Source: the human T2T-CHM13v2.0 reference genome, Homo sapiens. Taken from it: a stretch of 64,000 bases of DNA. Within the stretch, counting starts at the first letter, position 1; each line of letters starts with the position of its first letter. Shown piece after piece: positions 28,601 to 43,900 of the stretch. The position numbers were made by a program, and so were the translations under genes. The notes beneath the pieces were generated by a model that saw nothing but the letters and a program-made list of their open reading frames with translations, had not been told where the DNA came from and did not search any database. The DNA lies in the NCBI RefSeq assembly GCF_009914755.1, contig NC_060934.1; one strand, given 5' to 3'.

Positions 28601-29871
28601 GGTAAAGATAACACAGTATTAATACTCCTAAAAATTCAACAATTTACTAATACACAGGAGAATATAAATGTATATATTCATTTTCAGGCAGAAAAAAAGT
28701 TATTAAAATTTTTGGTGTTACATTTCTGGAATTGCCTTTTGACATGTATGGAATCAGAACACATCTTGTAGCCATTTAGATATTGCCTTTGACAGTGACT
28801 GCTGGTCGACTGGAACTGACAGAGAGACATCTTGGCTTCTTTCTGAAGTCTGAGGTTCTTAAAATGCAATGAAAGCATTTGGGCCATTTTTAATGGAAAT
28901 GTCATTCTTGATATTTGTGAAACCATCAGAGACCAGCAAACCTTATAAAAATCTCCTTTTTGTGTTGCCCTTGCAAAGCACGAATGGTTGTCACATTAAA
29001 TACCCAGTCATGCAGTCCTTCCCTGCACAGACAGCAATATATTTTCCAAGAAAGCTCATGGGTGGCTGTAACGGATAACCTTAACTCCTCCTCAGATTCA
29101 AAATCTGACTGGCCCTCTGTTTGCAAAGGTTAAGTAAGATGTGTGCCATTTGGAAAGCCATTGAATAGCTTCTGAACACACAACCCTTTAACTCATATTG
29201 GTTAATGAAGAGTGGTCCCTACTGCATAACTCATTTCCTTCTGGTAAGTGAGGTGTTTGGTGGGGCACGCTTACTCGTCTGAGCCATTAGAAACTAATTT
29301 ATGCCATCCTGCCTCTGGAATGCAGTGTAACCAGCACATCTGGCTATGTCTGCTCAAACACTCAGTGGTGCCCAGTGGAGTGAAGGAGTGTGGAACGCAC
29401 CACCCAGAGCTGGGAGCTCAGGCTAGCAAGCAGTGGGTTCATCACTGGAGATCACAGAACCTAAAGGCTTGGGGTTTATTTTTCCCTCTTTCCTTAATAC
29501 CCAGGAGTATTGTTTCCTCCTGGATTCAATGTGGTCTACGGCTCTGTGTTCCTATGCAGCATGTTACCCCCATGTGCCCACAGGAACAATATCCAGAAAC
29601 TGCTCAAATCTGTTCTGCAAAGAGCAGGCAATAGTGTCTTCTTTTGAAAACTTGACACTGCCTTCTTTTCAGTATTCTTCTTTTTAGCTTTTAAGTTTGA
29701 TTCAAAATGAGATGTCTAATAAGAACTTTTAAATAAAAAATGTCTTAACTGAAAAATAGTTAGCAGACAACTACACCAGAAGTAATAGCATCATATCAAT
29801 AACCTTAAATTATATTACCTAATATTTAATCCTGTTAAAATGTTGGCCTTCTCTCCTCAGAGAAGTTTTAG

Positions 29872-30197
<326 letters not shown>

Positions 30198-30688
30198 ATC
30201 TCAGAGAAGCTTGATGCCAGGCACTGAAGATTCAAAGATGGGAAAGATCCGTTCCTGACTTTGTAATGGTTACAGTACAGCAAAGACCCAAACGCAGATT
30301 GAATAGGGTGTTGGGTGCTATGGTGAAGATTAGTAACAGCTGCTATGGAAGCAGAGAGACAGGAAACTCACCTAGGGTGTCCTGGAGGCCTCCTGGAAGA
30401 GAGGCTGCTTGCGGTTTAATAGGATGAGTAAAAAAAAAATCAGAGGAAGGACTTAGGAAAGAAAATGACAGGAAAGAGTGACTGCACAGGCAAAGACACA
30501 AAAGTGGGAAGATCCTTCATGTGCAACAACAACAAGCAGCGTGGAATTACTAGACACAGGCATCCCTTTGGAGCATGAAGGAAAGTGAGGGTGGAGAGGA
30601 GGGCAGAGGCCGGGTCAATGTCATGTGAAACAGTTTTGATTGTCTTTAGTCAGTGGGAGCGATGGAAGGGGATTGGGTGAGAAAATGA

Positions 30689-31730
<1,042 letters not shown>

Positions 31731-32431
31731 TGAAGCTTTAAGTCCAAAGCTACAAGGGAAAGCATAGGATATAATTGTAGGACTTTTAGAAAAACATAGT
31801 ATTGCTTGGTGACTCTCCTAATTGAGTATCTGAATGTTTCAATTCAATATTTTTAAAACCAACTTAAATTCTCCATCCTAACCAGTATGATAATAGTATG
31901 CTTATCATTTCAACATCTGTAATTCTTCTATTTCCTTCAGAGTCTTTCTTAATTTCTTCAAGGGTTAATTTTTTTTTAAATGAGGTACATTTTGGTCATT
32001 AATGTATTGTTTATTTAAAAAACATAAAACATGCTCCTTTGTTATTGAAAGTTATATATAAAAAAGGAGAGCATTCAGCGTGTAAGGGGTGATTATTTAT
32101 ATTTCAAGTTTCTGGTATTGTTCTCTTAAAATAAATCTGACTCCATTTCATATCCAAATAGCAAAAACAAAATATTATTTGCCCTACCCTGGAAGGTTTC
32201 ATGTTATTTGGAAATATATGTGACTTGATGGTTTTCTGTGTGTGTGTGTGATAGTTCAATGACTTTTTATTAAGAACGATTCTTCTATTCCCGTTTTAAC
32301 ATATTCTTTCAAGTATCTTAGAGGATCACCAAAATATTCTCCTAGACATCAATGGCAAAGTTTATTATAAAATATTTCAGCTTCTGCATTTTTTTAATAA
32401 TAGAAAGAGAATAAGTGAATCTATAACACTT

Positions 32432-32445
32432 GTTGCTATGGTAAC
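32432..32445. promoter_or_regulatory. RFX X-box motif
   Basis: GTTGCTATGGTAAC, a near-perfect palindromic X-box in unique AT-rich DNA; motif match only. Confidence 0.45.
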
Positions 32446-32894
32446 TCACATATTTCTATATTGAGAAAGAACATGGAAATTTCTAAATGCATTTTTATCC
32501 TTATGACATATGTCTCTGTATAGACAAGACCATATACTTTGAGTGACTTTAAGTCCAGGAGACTAGGAGATGCCTTCTTTTAGATATTTCATATTAACTT
32601 TCCTGCAGAGACAGATGCCATCAGACCTGGGTCTTGTAATTAGTTGGCATATATATATTGTACACATGGTTCAAGAAGAAAATTGATTGCTGTTATTTTA
32701 AAGTAAGATTGGAAATTATCCCTAACAGAATATTTATGCTTTATCTGTTTATTAAATCTGTTTAATTTTTGCTTTAACTGTTTATTAAAACTGTTTTTTC
32801 AAGGCATTTCAAATTTGAAATTTGTTGGTAAATAAATCATCTGTCTGCCTGAACCTTAGCCTAGGTTGGCTCTAAATCAAACATGTTGCACGTA

Positions 32895-33180
32895 CATTCA
32901 TTTATTAAGAAATGTTTATGACAACTACATTTAAAATCTCTGCTAGATTTATAATCTGGAGGAGGTGACAGTCACAAGCAGATCGTTATACAAAATATGC
33001 CAAATGATATGTGCCAGGAAGGAAGTATAAACAGGTATCATTGGAACACAGAGAAAGGTCATTAACTTAGCCTGAAGGCATCAGGAAAATTTTGGTAGGA
33101 AGAAGAGTAGGGAGAGGAAAGAGAGAGAGAGAGAGAGAGATGATGCCTGAATTAAGTCTTAATGAATGAGGCTCACCCTA
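32895..33180 (-). mobile_element. L2 3' fragment
   Basis: cattcatttattaagaaatgtttatg…ggaacacagagaaagg…gatgcctgaattaagtcttaatgaatgag. Confidence 0.55.
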
Positions 33181-33858
33181 TAGGATATTTTTGTCTAAAT
33201 AAAAATGAATACTTATAGAGACAACAGCTAATATTAAATACTAATATTTAACAACTACCAGAAAATACCCTTTATGTACCCACAAAAGCAGCTCTTTGTG
33301 CATGAAGGAAAAAAATCAAGGGAGATGCATGATTGGGTAACAAGAGTTCAGTTCAGTTTATTGAGTTTCAATTATTGCCAGACATGACCCAGAAACAAAG
33401 GTGGCTCCCAAGGCGTTCACCTTGTATGAAACTTAAACAAGCTTAGAAAGGAGTTATAACCTTACCCTACAATCGGACTCCTTAAATACAGCTCTATTTA
33501 AGTAGAATTTCACTAAAAACTAATGGCGAATAAATGTAAATATTTGGAACATTTATATGATTTAAATGTTTTCCTTAAAAACTGGGATGGGTGAGAAAAA
33601 TCAGAAAACAGAGCAATTACATTGGTAATCAACCTGAAGAAATAACTCTCTCTCTTTTTTTCCTTTATCTTTATTTCTTTGCTGTTGTTGTTGACAACAG
33701 AAACCACAATGTCTACACAGGTAAATGAGAAATTCAAATGATCCGAAAAACAAATTAAAAGTAAGAACCAATGGACTAGACTGTAAAAGATATGAGAACT
33801 ATTTCTACCTCTGCTATTTATTAATTTGCAGTATGGCTTCGGCAACACCCTTGCCTCA

Positions 33859-34217
33859 TGCTATGATCTGAATATTTGTGTTTCTCCAAAACTCATGTAG
33901 AAAGCTCATCCCCATTGTTGATATAGTAAGACATGGTGACTTTAGGGGGTGATTTGGTCATGAGGGCTCCACCCTCATGAATGAGATTAATGCCTTTAAA
34001 AAAGTGACTTGAAGAAGGCTCCTGCCCCTTCCCCCACAAAAGGAGGCAGCAAGAAGGCACCATTTAGAAACAGATGACAGCCCTCACCAGACACTGAATC
34101 TGCTGATGCCTTAAAATTGCACTTCCCAGGCTCCAGAACTATAAGCAATAAATTTATAGTGCATATAAATCACCAGTCCAAGGTATTCTGTTATATCAGC
34201 CTGGATTGATTAAGACA
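33859..34217 (+). mobile_element. MLT1A-family (MaLR) solo LTR
   Basis: tgctatgatctgaatatttgtg…ccctcaccagacactgaatctgctg…aataaa…taagaca. Confidence 0.85.
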
Positions 34218-34429
34218 CCCCATAAAATCTGATACTAGATCTAAGCTAGGCACAGAGGAATCAAGAATGGGGGTGGTGCTTGACCTTGGGACACATATAG
34301 TCTAGGGTAGAGATAACAGGAAGAATCAATAGGGCAATGAGGCTGCTGTGGAACAGAGAGAAAGGAACCTAAAATCAGCCATTCTATGACTCCATTTCTT
34401 TACACAAGATATGGCCATATGAGCAGTTG

Positions 34430-35810
<1,381 letters not shown>

Positions 35811-36292
35811 AATTATCTGCTATTCTGTGATAACCACCATTGACTGCTTATATTGCAGTTTAAAATGTATTTTGTATCTAAAGCTGTATTGTACTATAGA
35901 GGCCAAAGACATGGAGAAAAATTAGAATCACAAAAATGGAACAGGAGACACAATGGTGAAAAAGATTTATCAATATATCAAGAGTCCTCTGGAATAGGAG
36001 AATTCCACTTGGAAGAGATTGGTATAGAACAAGTAAAGAAAAGCAGAAGTTGGAAATAAGTTTCAGGTAAGGAATAAGAAGAACTTTGCATAAGAAAACA
36101 TGGCAGGAGTAGGCAAAGGACAGGAGAAGAAGACCAAGTTGAATAACATATTGATGATTAATCTAGGCTTCTGGCTTGGAAAGTCAGTCATACAGTAGAA
36201 AACCTAATCTGAAGAACAAAGATGGAGTCTGAGGAAGACAGGAACAAAACTTCCTGAGAGAGAAAATGTAGAATGTTTTAGGAGCCTTGGAA

Positions 36293-36585
36293 CAAGTGTT
36301 GGCAAACGATGACAGTCCTGTTTCTGTATAAACTGTGAGTTAAGAATTTTTGAATGGCTTTAAAAAATTAAAAGAGTAATATTTCTTGAAATGAGAAAAC
36401 TGTATGAGATTCAGATCCCACTGTCAATAAATAAAGTTTTATTGGAATACTGCCATGCTCATTTTATGTTGCCATGGCTGCTTTAGGTCCACAAAACAGA
36501 GTTGAGTGCTGTTAGTAGCAACACATATCTCACAAAACTTAAAATATTTACTATCTGGCTCTCCACAGGGTTTTCTGACACCCCT
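36293..36585. mobile_element. MER58B-like (hAT-Charlie)
   Basis: gttggcaaac start; aaataaagttttattggaatactgccatgctc…aaaatatttactatctggc. Confidence 0.75.
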
Positions 36586-36736
36586 CCCCCTGCCCCAGTC
36601 TAAAATCTAAAGGAGACATTAAGGAACACGCAAATCTTTAGGAAAGACATTAAATAAGGATTGCCCTCATGAAATCTAGAGTATAGGAGATTTCGAAAAC
36701 TAAAATAACTATTATTCATGCTTGAGAAGATGTAGA

Positions 36737-37153
36737 TGTATTAGGCAGTTCTTGTATTGCTATAAAGAAATACCTGAGGCTAGGTAATTTATAAGAAAAG
36801 AAGTTTAATTGGCTTATGGTTCTGTGGGCTATACAGGAGGCATAGCATCGGATGTCTGCTCACCTTCTGATGAGGCCTCAGGAAGCTTACATTCACAGTG
36901 GAAGGCAAAGGGGGAGCAGACATATCACATGGTGAAAGCAGGGGCAAGAGAGAAAGTAAGAGAGAGAGAGAGACAGAGAGAGGTAGGGGGACGCGCCATA
37001 CACTTTTAATGACTAGATCTCACAAGAGCTCAGAGCTAGAGCTCACTTATGACCAAGGTGATGGCCCAAATCATTTGTGATCCAAACACCTCCCACCAGG
37101 CCCCACCTCTAGTATTGGAAATTTGGGCAAGGACAAATATCCAAACTACATCA
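36737..37153 (-). mobile_element. MST (MSTB-like MaLR) solo LTR
   Basis: tgtattaggcagttcttgtattgctataaagaaatacctgag…ggacaaatatccaaactacatca. Confidence 0.88.
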
Positions 37154-37154
37154 G

Positions 37155-37385
37155 AAAATGAGAATCTTGTTCCAAACTCAGCCCTATCACCCACTAGTTT
37201 TGTGACCTTGGGCACGTTGCTCAATTGCTTCAACTTCAGTGTCCTCGATTATAAAATGGAAAAGTGATTATATCTACTTCATAAGAAATTTGTAAGGATT
37301 AAATGAGGTAGAACGAGTAAAGCTCTTGGCACAATCACTAGCATAAAACAAGTTCTCAAAAATTATAGCTATTATTATTATCATT
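37155..37385 (+). mobile_element. MIR SINE
   Basis: tgtgaccttgggcacgttgctcaa…aggattaaatgagg…tagctattattatt. Confidence 0.75.
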
Positions 37386-37836
37386 CTTTATTATAGGCGT
37401 GTAGTTAATGTCATGGATTGTACTTTTATGGATATGAACTTGAAGGAAGTGTTTATCCAGGGACAAATAGTAGTCACTGACATAGAACTGTTCCACTTTG
37501 CTTATAGCTGCAAAGTGTCCAATATCCAACATACCCACTCTGCTTACATATGGCTTTAACTTTGCATTCAGAGGGATGTGCTCTATAATGTCCTAGCAAA
37601 CTACTATTGCTGGCTTCCCCACCAACTTAAGAGTCCCCCGCCAGCTCCATTCCACCCTGATGACACAATCAGTCCCACATTGTCTCGAGGGTCTGTTGGT
37701 CCAAACCCTGGTATGAAATGTCAAGTATAATCAAGTCTCTTTGGCTTTCAAGGCTCAGAAATCCTCCCTAACTGGCCCAAATAAAAAGTTAAGTTTGTGA
37801 TAAAGTCATACAACGATCTTAAGAAACTGAAGTTCA

Positions 37837-38175
37837 GGCCGGGTGTGGTGGCTCACGCTTGTAATTTCAGCACTTTGGGAGGTCGAGGTGGGCGAATCAT
37901 GAGGTCAGGAGTTTGAGACCAGCCTGGCCAACACGGTGAAACCCCGTCTCTACTAAAAATACAAAAAGAAATAAAAAAAAATTAGCCGGGCATGGTGGCA
38001 GGCGCCTGTAATCCCAGTTACTCAGGAGGCTGAGGCAGGAAAATCACTTGAACCCGGGAGGTGAAGGTTGCAGTGAGCCGAGATCGTGCCACTGTACTCC
38101 ACCTAGATGACAGTGCAAGATTCCATCTCAAAAAAAAATAAAATAAAATAAAAATAAAAAAATAAAAAAAAATAA
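37837..38175 (+). mobile_element. AluSg-like, probably within an old MLT1 LTR (~37730-38540)
   Basis: Full Alu, expanded middle A-rich linker, (AAAAT)n tail, TSD tgaagttca. Confidence 0.95.
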
Positions 38176-38852
38176 GTGAAGTTCAAGTGGACCTTATAGG
38201 AACTAGAAAAGTATCAGGTTCCAAGGAGCCTAGTTTCTCAGCTTCTCCATTCCCTTCCCTCAGGGTCCTGATCTTTCTTCTCTTCCTGCTGTCATTAAAG
38301 ATGGGATTTTCCTGTTGATTGTTTAACTTACACATAGCAACAGGTAGAAGCCAACTCACTGTGTCTACCATATCGTCCTGCTTTCGAGTCCAACGCTAAG
38401 GACTGGACCACTCCTCATACTACTGGGAAGAGGATGACATGCCTTATCCCAGGCAGTGGATTCATTGCTCTGATCCAGTCAACTGTGGAGGGCTGGGTGA
38501 GTTACAAAGTTACTTCTCACTCCCTATGGCCTTAAACGGGATAAGTAATGTTAGGTAAGGGGAGAAGGTGGTAACGTGTATACTACATTTATGTAGACCT
38601 TTCCTTCAAGCCTCAGCTCCAGCCACCTCCTCCAAGAAGGCTTCACTCACCACACACACTGATTCACATGCCCTTTCTCGACACGCCCAGAGCATATTGG
38701 TTATACCTCAAGGCTGAATAAGTTCACTAAGGATAGTTTCCCCTTTATCCCTTGGGTCTAGTCCACATTTTCAACATATTATATGTTTAATAAACACTGA
38801 ATTGAAAGAGTTAATTAGTATAAAATGAATAACAAGCCATTGTGGGATGAAA

Positions 38853-39795
38853 CACAGACAAAGTTCAATAGGTATATGAAAAAATATTCCACATCGCTCA
38901 TCACCAGGGAAATGCAAACCAAAAACCACAACGAGGTATCACCTCACCCAAGTTAGGACAGCTATTATCAAAAACACAAAAAATAATAAATGCTGGTGAG
39001 GGTGCAAAGAAAAGGGAACTCTTATATATTGTTGGTGGGAATGTAAACTAGTTCAGTCCTTATGGAGAACAATATGAAGGTTCCTCAAAAAACTAAATGT
39101 AGAACTACCATGTGATTGAGCAACACACTACTGGGTACATATCCAAAGAAAATGAAATCAGTATGTCGAAGAGACATCTGCAATAAACCCCATGTTTATT
39201 GCAGCACTATTCGCAATAGCTAAGATGTGGAATCAACCTCACTGTCCATCAACAGGTGAATGAATAAAGAAAATGTGGTATATACACACAGTGGAATACT
39301 ATTCAGCCGTAAAAAGAGTGAAATCCTGTCATTCCCAGCAACTTAGATGAGCCTGGAGGACGTTATGCTAAGTGAAATAAGTCAAGAACAGAAAGATAAA
39401 CATTACATGTTATCACTCACGTGTGGAAGATATAAAGTTGATCTCACAGAAAAAAGGAGTAAAAGAGTAGTTACTAGAGTCTGGGAAGGATGGAGGGAGC
39501 AGAGGATAGAGAGCTATTGGTTGAAGGATATAAAATTACAGCTGGATAGGAGAAATAAGTTCAAATGCTGTATAGCACTGTAGAATGACAATAGTTAACA
39601 ATAATATATTTTCAAATAGCTAGAAGAGAGGAGTTTGAATGTTTCTAATACAAAAAGTACTGTGTTTGAGGTCATGGTTATGCTAATTATCCTGATTTAA
39701 TCAACATACATTGTGTACATCAGAACATCATTATGTACCCCATAAATACGTACGATTATTATATTATGTGTCAATTAAAAAATAACTTTAAAAAA
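38853..39795 (+). mobile_element. L1MA ORF2 C-terminus and 3'UTR
   Basis: cagggaaatgcaaacc…gttggtgggaatgtaaactag…ttacagctggataggagaaataagttc…tgtcaattaaaa. Confidence 0.9.
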
Positions 39796-39935
39796 CTAAA
39801 ATTGATTAGGTAGATGAGAGATAGACTAGATATTTTTAAGGAAGTTCAAATTAAATTAATTTTTAACTTAATTTAAGGAACTGAACTGCCTTTTATAAAC
39901 CCTAAATATATGTGCATTATATATATAATATATGA

Positions 39936-39974
<39 letters not shown>

Positions 39975-39991
39975 CATACATACATATATAT
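39936..39991. repeat. Compound (GT)n(AT)n(ACAT)n microsatellite
   Basis: Seen directly. Confidence 0.95.
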
Positions 39992-40049
39992 TTCAACTTT
40001 AGGAAAGTAAATAAAGTTAGTGATGATAAGAACAAATAATTTCTATGAA

Positions 40050-41750
40050 TTAAGATTGTCCCATTGGGAATGCAAGACTGGTTCAACATTAAAAATTCAG
40101 TCAAAGTAATTTACTATAACATGCTTAAAAAGAAAAAAAGGTCACCTCAGTGGGGGTTCCAGAAACATGGCAAACTGGGAATAGAAGTTTGCCTTATAAA
40201 GAGTTTACCTATCAGAAGTATACCTGATAAAAAGCTCCCATTTATATCAATAGATTGCATATGCTCAATGAGGAAAAACTGAATAATTTCTCTTAAGATC
40301 ATGGGTAAGGCAAAAATGTTCTCTTACCACTCCTATTCAACATCATACTGGGAGCATTAGACAGTGTAATAAGCCATATTAAAAACTTCTCAAACAAATG
40401 TATAAAATTACTCTGAGAACTATTAAGTGAATTTTAGAAAAGTCACAGAATACAAGGATAATACACAAAAATAAATATTTGTATATGGCAGTGGTGAAGA
40501 ATTGGAAATCTAAAATTTTTAGTTAAACTTTATGTATAATAACACCAAAACACAACAATACTTAGGTATAAGAATATCTAAAAATGTGTAGAATTTCTGT
40601 GCTAAAAACTACAAAACACCATTTAAATAAATCAAAGAAGATCTAAATAAATGGAGATACAAACTGCGTTTGAGGAAGAGTCGGTACTGTTACGATGTCA
40701 ATCTTCCCAAACTGAACAATTGGTTAAATGCAATCCCAGGCAAAATCCCATCATATGTTCTTGTAAATATCACCAGCAATTATAAAATGTATATAGAAAG
40801 TCAAAGGAATTAGAATCGAGAAAATAATTTCTGACAAAGAACTTGTATCCAGAATACATAAATAACTCTCAAAACTCAACAAGAAAACATCAAACAAACA
40901 AAATAAATTTTGAGAATGGGCAAAATATTTGTACAGACACTTCACCAAAGAAGACATACAGATGGAAAATGAGCACATAAACAGATGCTCAAAATGATTA
41001 GCCATTAGGGAAATGCAAATTAAAACAATGAAATACACATTTCATAAAAAAAAAATCAAAAAAACACTGATGATACCAAATGCTGACAAAGATTTAGAGC
41101 AAATGAAATTCTCTTACACTACTGGTGGGAATGCAAAATGGTAGAGCAACGGTAAAAAACAGTTTGGAGGTTTCTTACAAAGCTACACTTACACTTACGA
41201 TATGAACCACTTATTCCAGTCTTCAATATTTACCCTAGCCAAGTGAAAACTTACTTTCACACAAACACCTGGGCACAAGTGTTTATTGAAACTTTATTTA
41301 TAACTACCGCTGATTGGAAACAATCCAAATGTCCTTAAATCAAGGAAAAGATTATGAATAGAAAATGAATGTTTTCCATGCATACAATGGAATACTATGC
41401 AGCAGTAAAAATGAATGAGCTGTTGATTCATGCAGCGACATGAATAAATCTTAAATGCACTTTGCTCAGTGAAAGAAGCATGACGCCAAAGGCTAAATAG
41501 CCTGTGATTTATTATGCATGACATTCTGGTAATGGCAAAACTACTGCGGTGGTTGCCAGGATTTGGTGAGGGGTGAGCCGGTGGATGAAAGGACTGGCCA
41601 CATAGGGGCATCACAAAGGCAACGTTCAGGTGAGAGATTATTCTGTATGGAAATGTAGTAGTGATCGTTACATGACTACGTGTCTATCAAAACCCTTAGA
41701 GTTGAACACCAGAAAGAGTGAATTTTACTCCAGGTAAATAATTTTTTAAA
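40050..41750 (+). mobile_element. L1MC/MD-type fragments (internally deleted ORF2 plus 3'UTR)
   Basis: ggaatgcaagactggttcaacatt…cacttcaccaaagaagacatacagatgg…gacattctggtaatggcaaaact…gagtgaattttac. Confidence 0.85.
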
Positions 41751-43564
41751 AATTTTCCTATTGGTCCAGAAATAAAAAGGTTATAAAAATTATATAGTAA
41801 ATAACGTGTATTATGTAAATGTATAATTCAAATAGGGTCAGTGTGTGAGGTCAGTATTGCTGAGAGCATCATAATTGATCAGTGTTTAAATTTTATCAGA
41901 AAAAGTAAATACGGCAAATATACAAAGAGACAAATTGATAGGAATAATATGTGACTGCAATTTTCTTCAAAAATAAGCCTGTGAGAATGTATGCAGTGTA
42001 GCAAAAACCAAATTAGTCTGGATTGACCCAGTCATTTGGACACATATCACTGGTAGATAGATTTAAATGAAAAATTCCTAATCTTTCACATCAGCTAATT
42101 CATAAAATTGTGAGGATAGTCTACTGCACATTTCAGGAACATCTTAGCCAAGAATTTGGTCATTGTTATAGAAATGTGCACTGATTGAGACATTTTTGGC
42201 CCTACTGGTAACACAAGGCATCCTTATAAAGAATTTGTGAATGCTTTGAACTGTACCCAGCTGCTTTCTGCAGAACAGAGCGTGCTCCACCTGCTAGTAA
42301 CCTCAGGAGGTTACTACAGTGTTTTGCTTTATAGATTATCAGTCTGTTGTACTACCATTAGGGTTGACAAGGGTAATATCCCACCGTGATTTCTTTTTCT
42401 GACCTCCAGAGATTATAAAATGACATTCAGCAGATTTTAGGTATTTGGAACATGCTGGTACTGTTAACCATTATTTTCTTTTTCAGTTGCAAAGCTAACT
42501 GGGTAAAAATTCCAAAGACTCTACCCAGGTTCCTATAAAGCAGTAATATAAAAATGTGCTTCTTTTTTTCCATCTAATGTTCTTCTCCTCTTTAATGGTG
42601 AAACTATCCTGTGCACTATTTCTCTATTTATAGCCCAGACAATTCAACTCCAGGCAGTTGGTTCTATTGAAAGATAAACAAACTCCTAAGAAACCCCCAC
42701 TGGTTTGTAAATGGCCAATTGTGCTGACATGACAGGCTGCAGGTGACTGAGCCCATCTGGGGATGTTGGTCATTTGCTACTGAGCTTGGACCACACAGAG
42801 TCTTTGGCCAAAGAGCAGCTGGTGATCTCAGCAATTTTATCTCTTAACAAAAAATCAAAAGCAATGGCCATATACACAGGTTACAAGTATTGGCTGGGTT
42901 TTTATCTGATATACCAAACTCCAAAATACCATCTTTACTTCCATTGCCTAATCGGCTCATTGATCTTTGAGGATCATTTAGAGGATTTTATTGAAAAGCC
43001 TTGCCTTTGAAAATGTGACTTGGTCCAGTTGGAACAGCTTCAGGCATCTCAGCCTCACATGCCTCCCTCTCTCATTGCTCCTTTCCCTAGTCTTGCCTGA
43101 CCACTGGGGCAAGATCTTGTACCTTCTTACTTAAATAAAGAGGATAAAGAATGGCAGCTCCTCTCTCAGGAGTGGATTTCTGCATGCCCTTTTTCCATTT
43201 TCCATTCTAACCCATGGTTTGCTTGGATCTTCATATCACCCAGTTAATAAACTCACATTGGATCTTCTTGACTGCCGATTAATTAAACACATTACTATAC
43301 TATCTGGCTACTCCTTTGGTCACAAGTCCATTCTTCCCAATTGTATGTTGACTGCCTCTCATCCAAGGCTTTAAGTATCAAGAATGTCTACTGGCACGCT
43401 AACATCTTTCCAAGGTATGGCTCAATCAGGGCACAATTATTGTTCATAAAGGAAATGGAGAAACTGCCCTTGAAAAAGCAAACAAGGAAGAGACAGTTAC
43501 GATATAGTTGGTGTGTCTGGATATGGTACTGAAACAATCCTTTGTGATACTGAGAACATTTTTA

Positions 43565-43900
43565 GACAGAAAAGGGAGAAGTAATTTATGGTAGCAGATG
43601 AAGGTGACAAGGTATTTTAAGGTCAAAACACAGAGGAATTTACATGATGGTGGGAGTCCCTGAAAGTTCATGGCACAAAACCAGCGCCTTCAGATTTCTT
43701 TTTATATAAGAGTGTACTTTGGTGGCAGTACGAAGGCTGGGTTTGAGACAGAGATGACTCTGGACAATAAAACCAGCTACTGGGTTGCTATTATAATTCA
43801 GGAGAGAGGATATACCAAGAGCAGTGGGAGCAGAAAGAAGTATCTGCAAGATTTTAAGAAGTATTTAAAATAAAATCCTAGGTTCTCAGCACCAAAAAGA
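43565..43900 (-). mobile_element. L2 fragment
   Basis: gggtttgagacagagatgactctggac…gttgctattataattcaggagagagga. Confidence 0.5.

Noticed and set aside
43085-43560. Balanced-composition stretch that looked like a processed pseudogene
   Set aside because: My forward-frame translations matched no protein I recognise, and there is no poly(A) or TSD. BLASTX would settle it.
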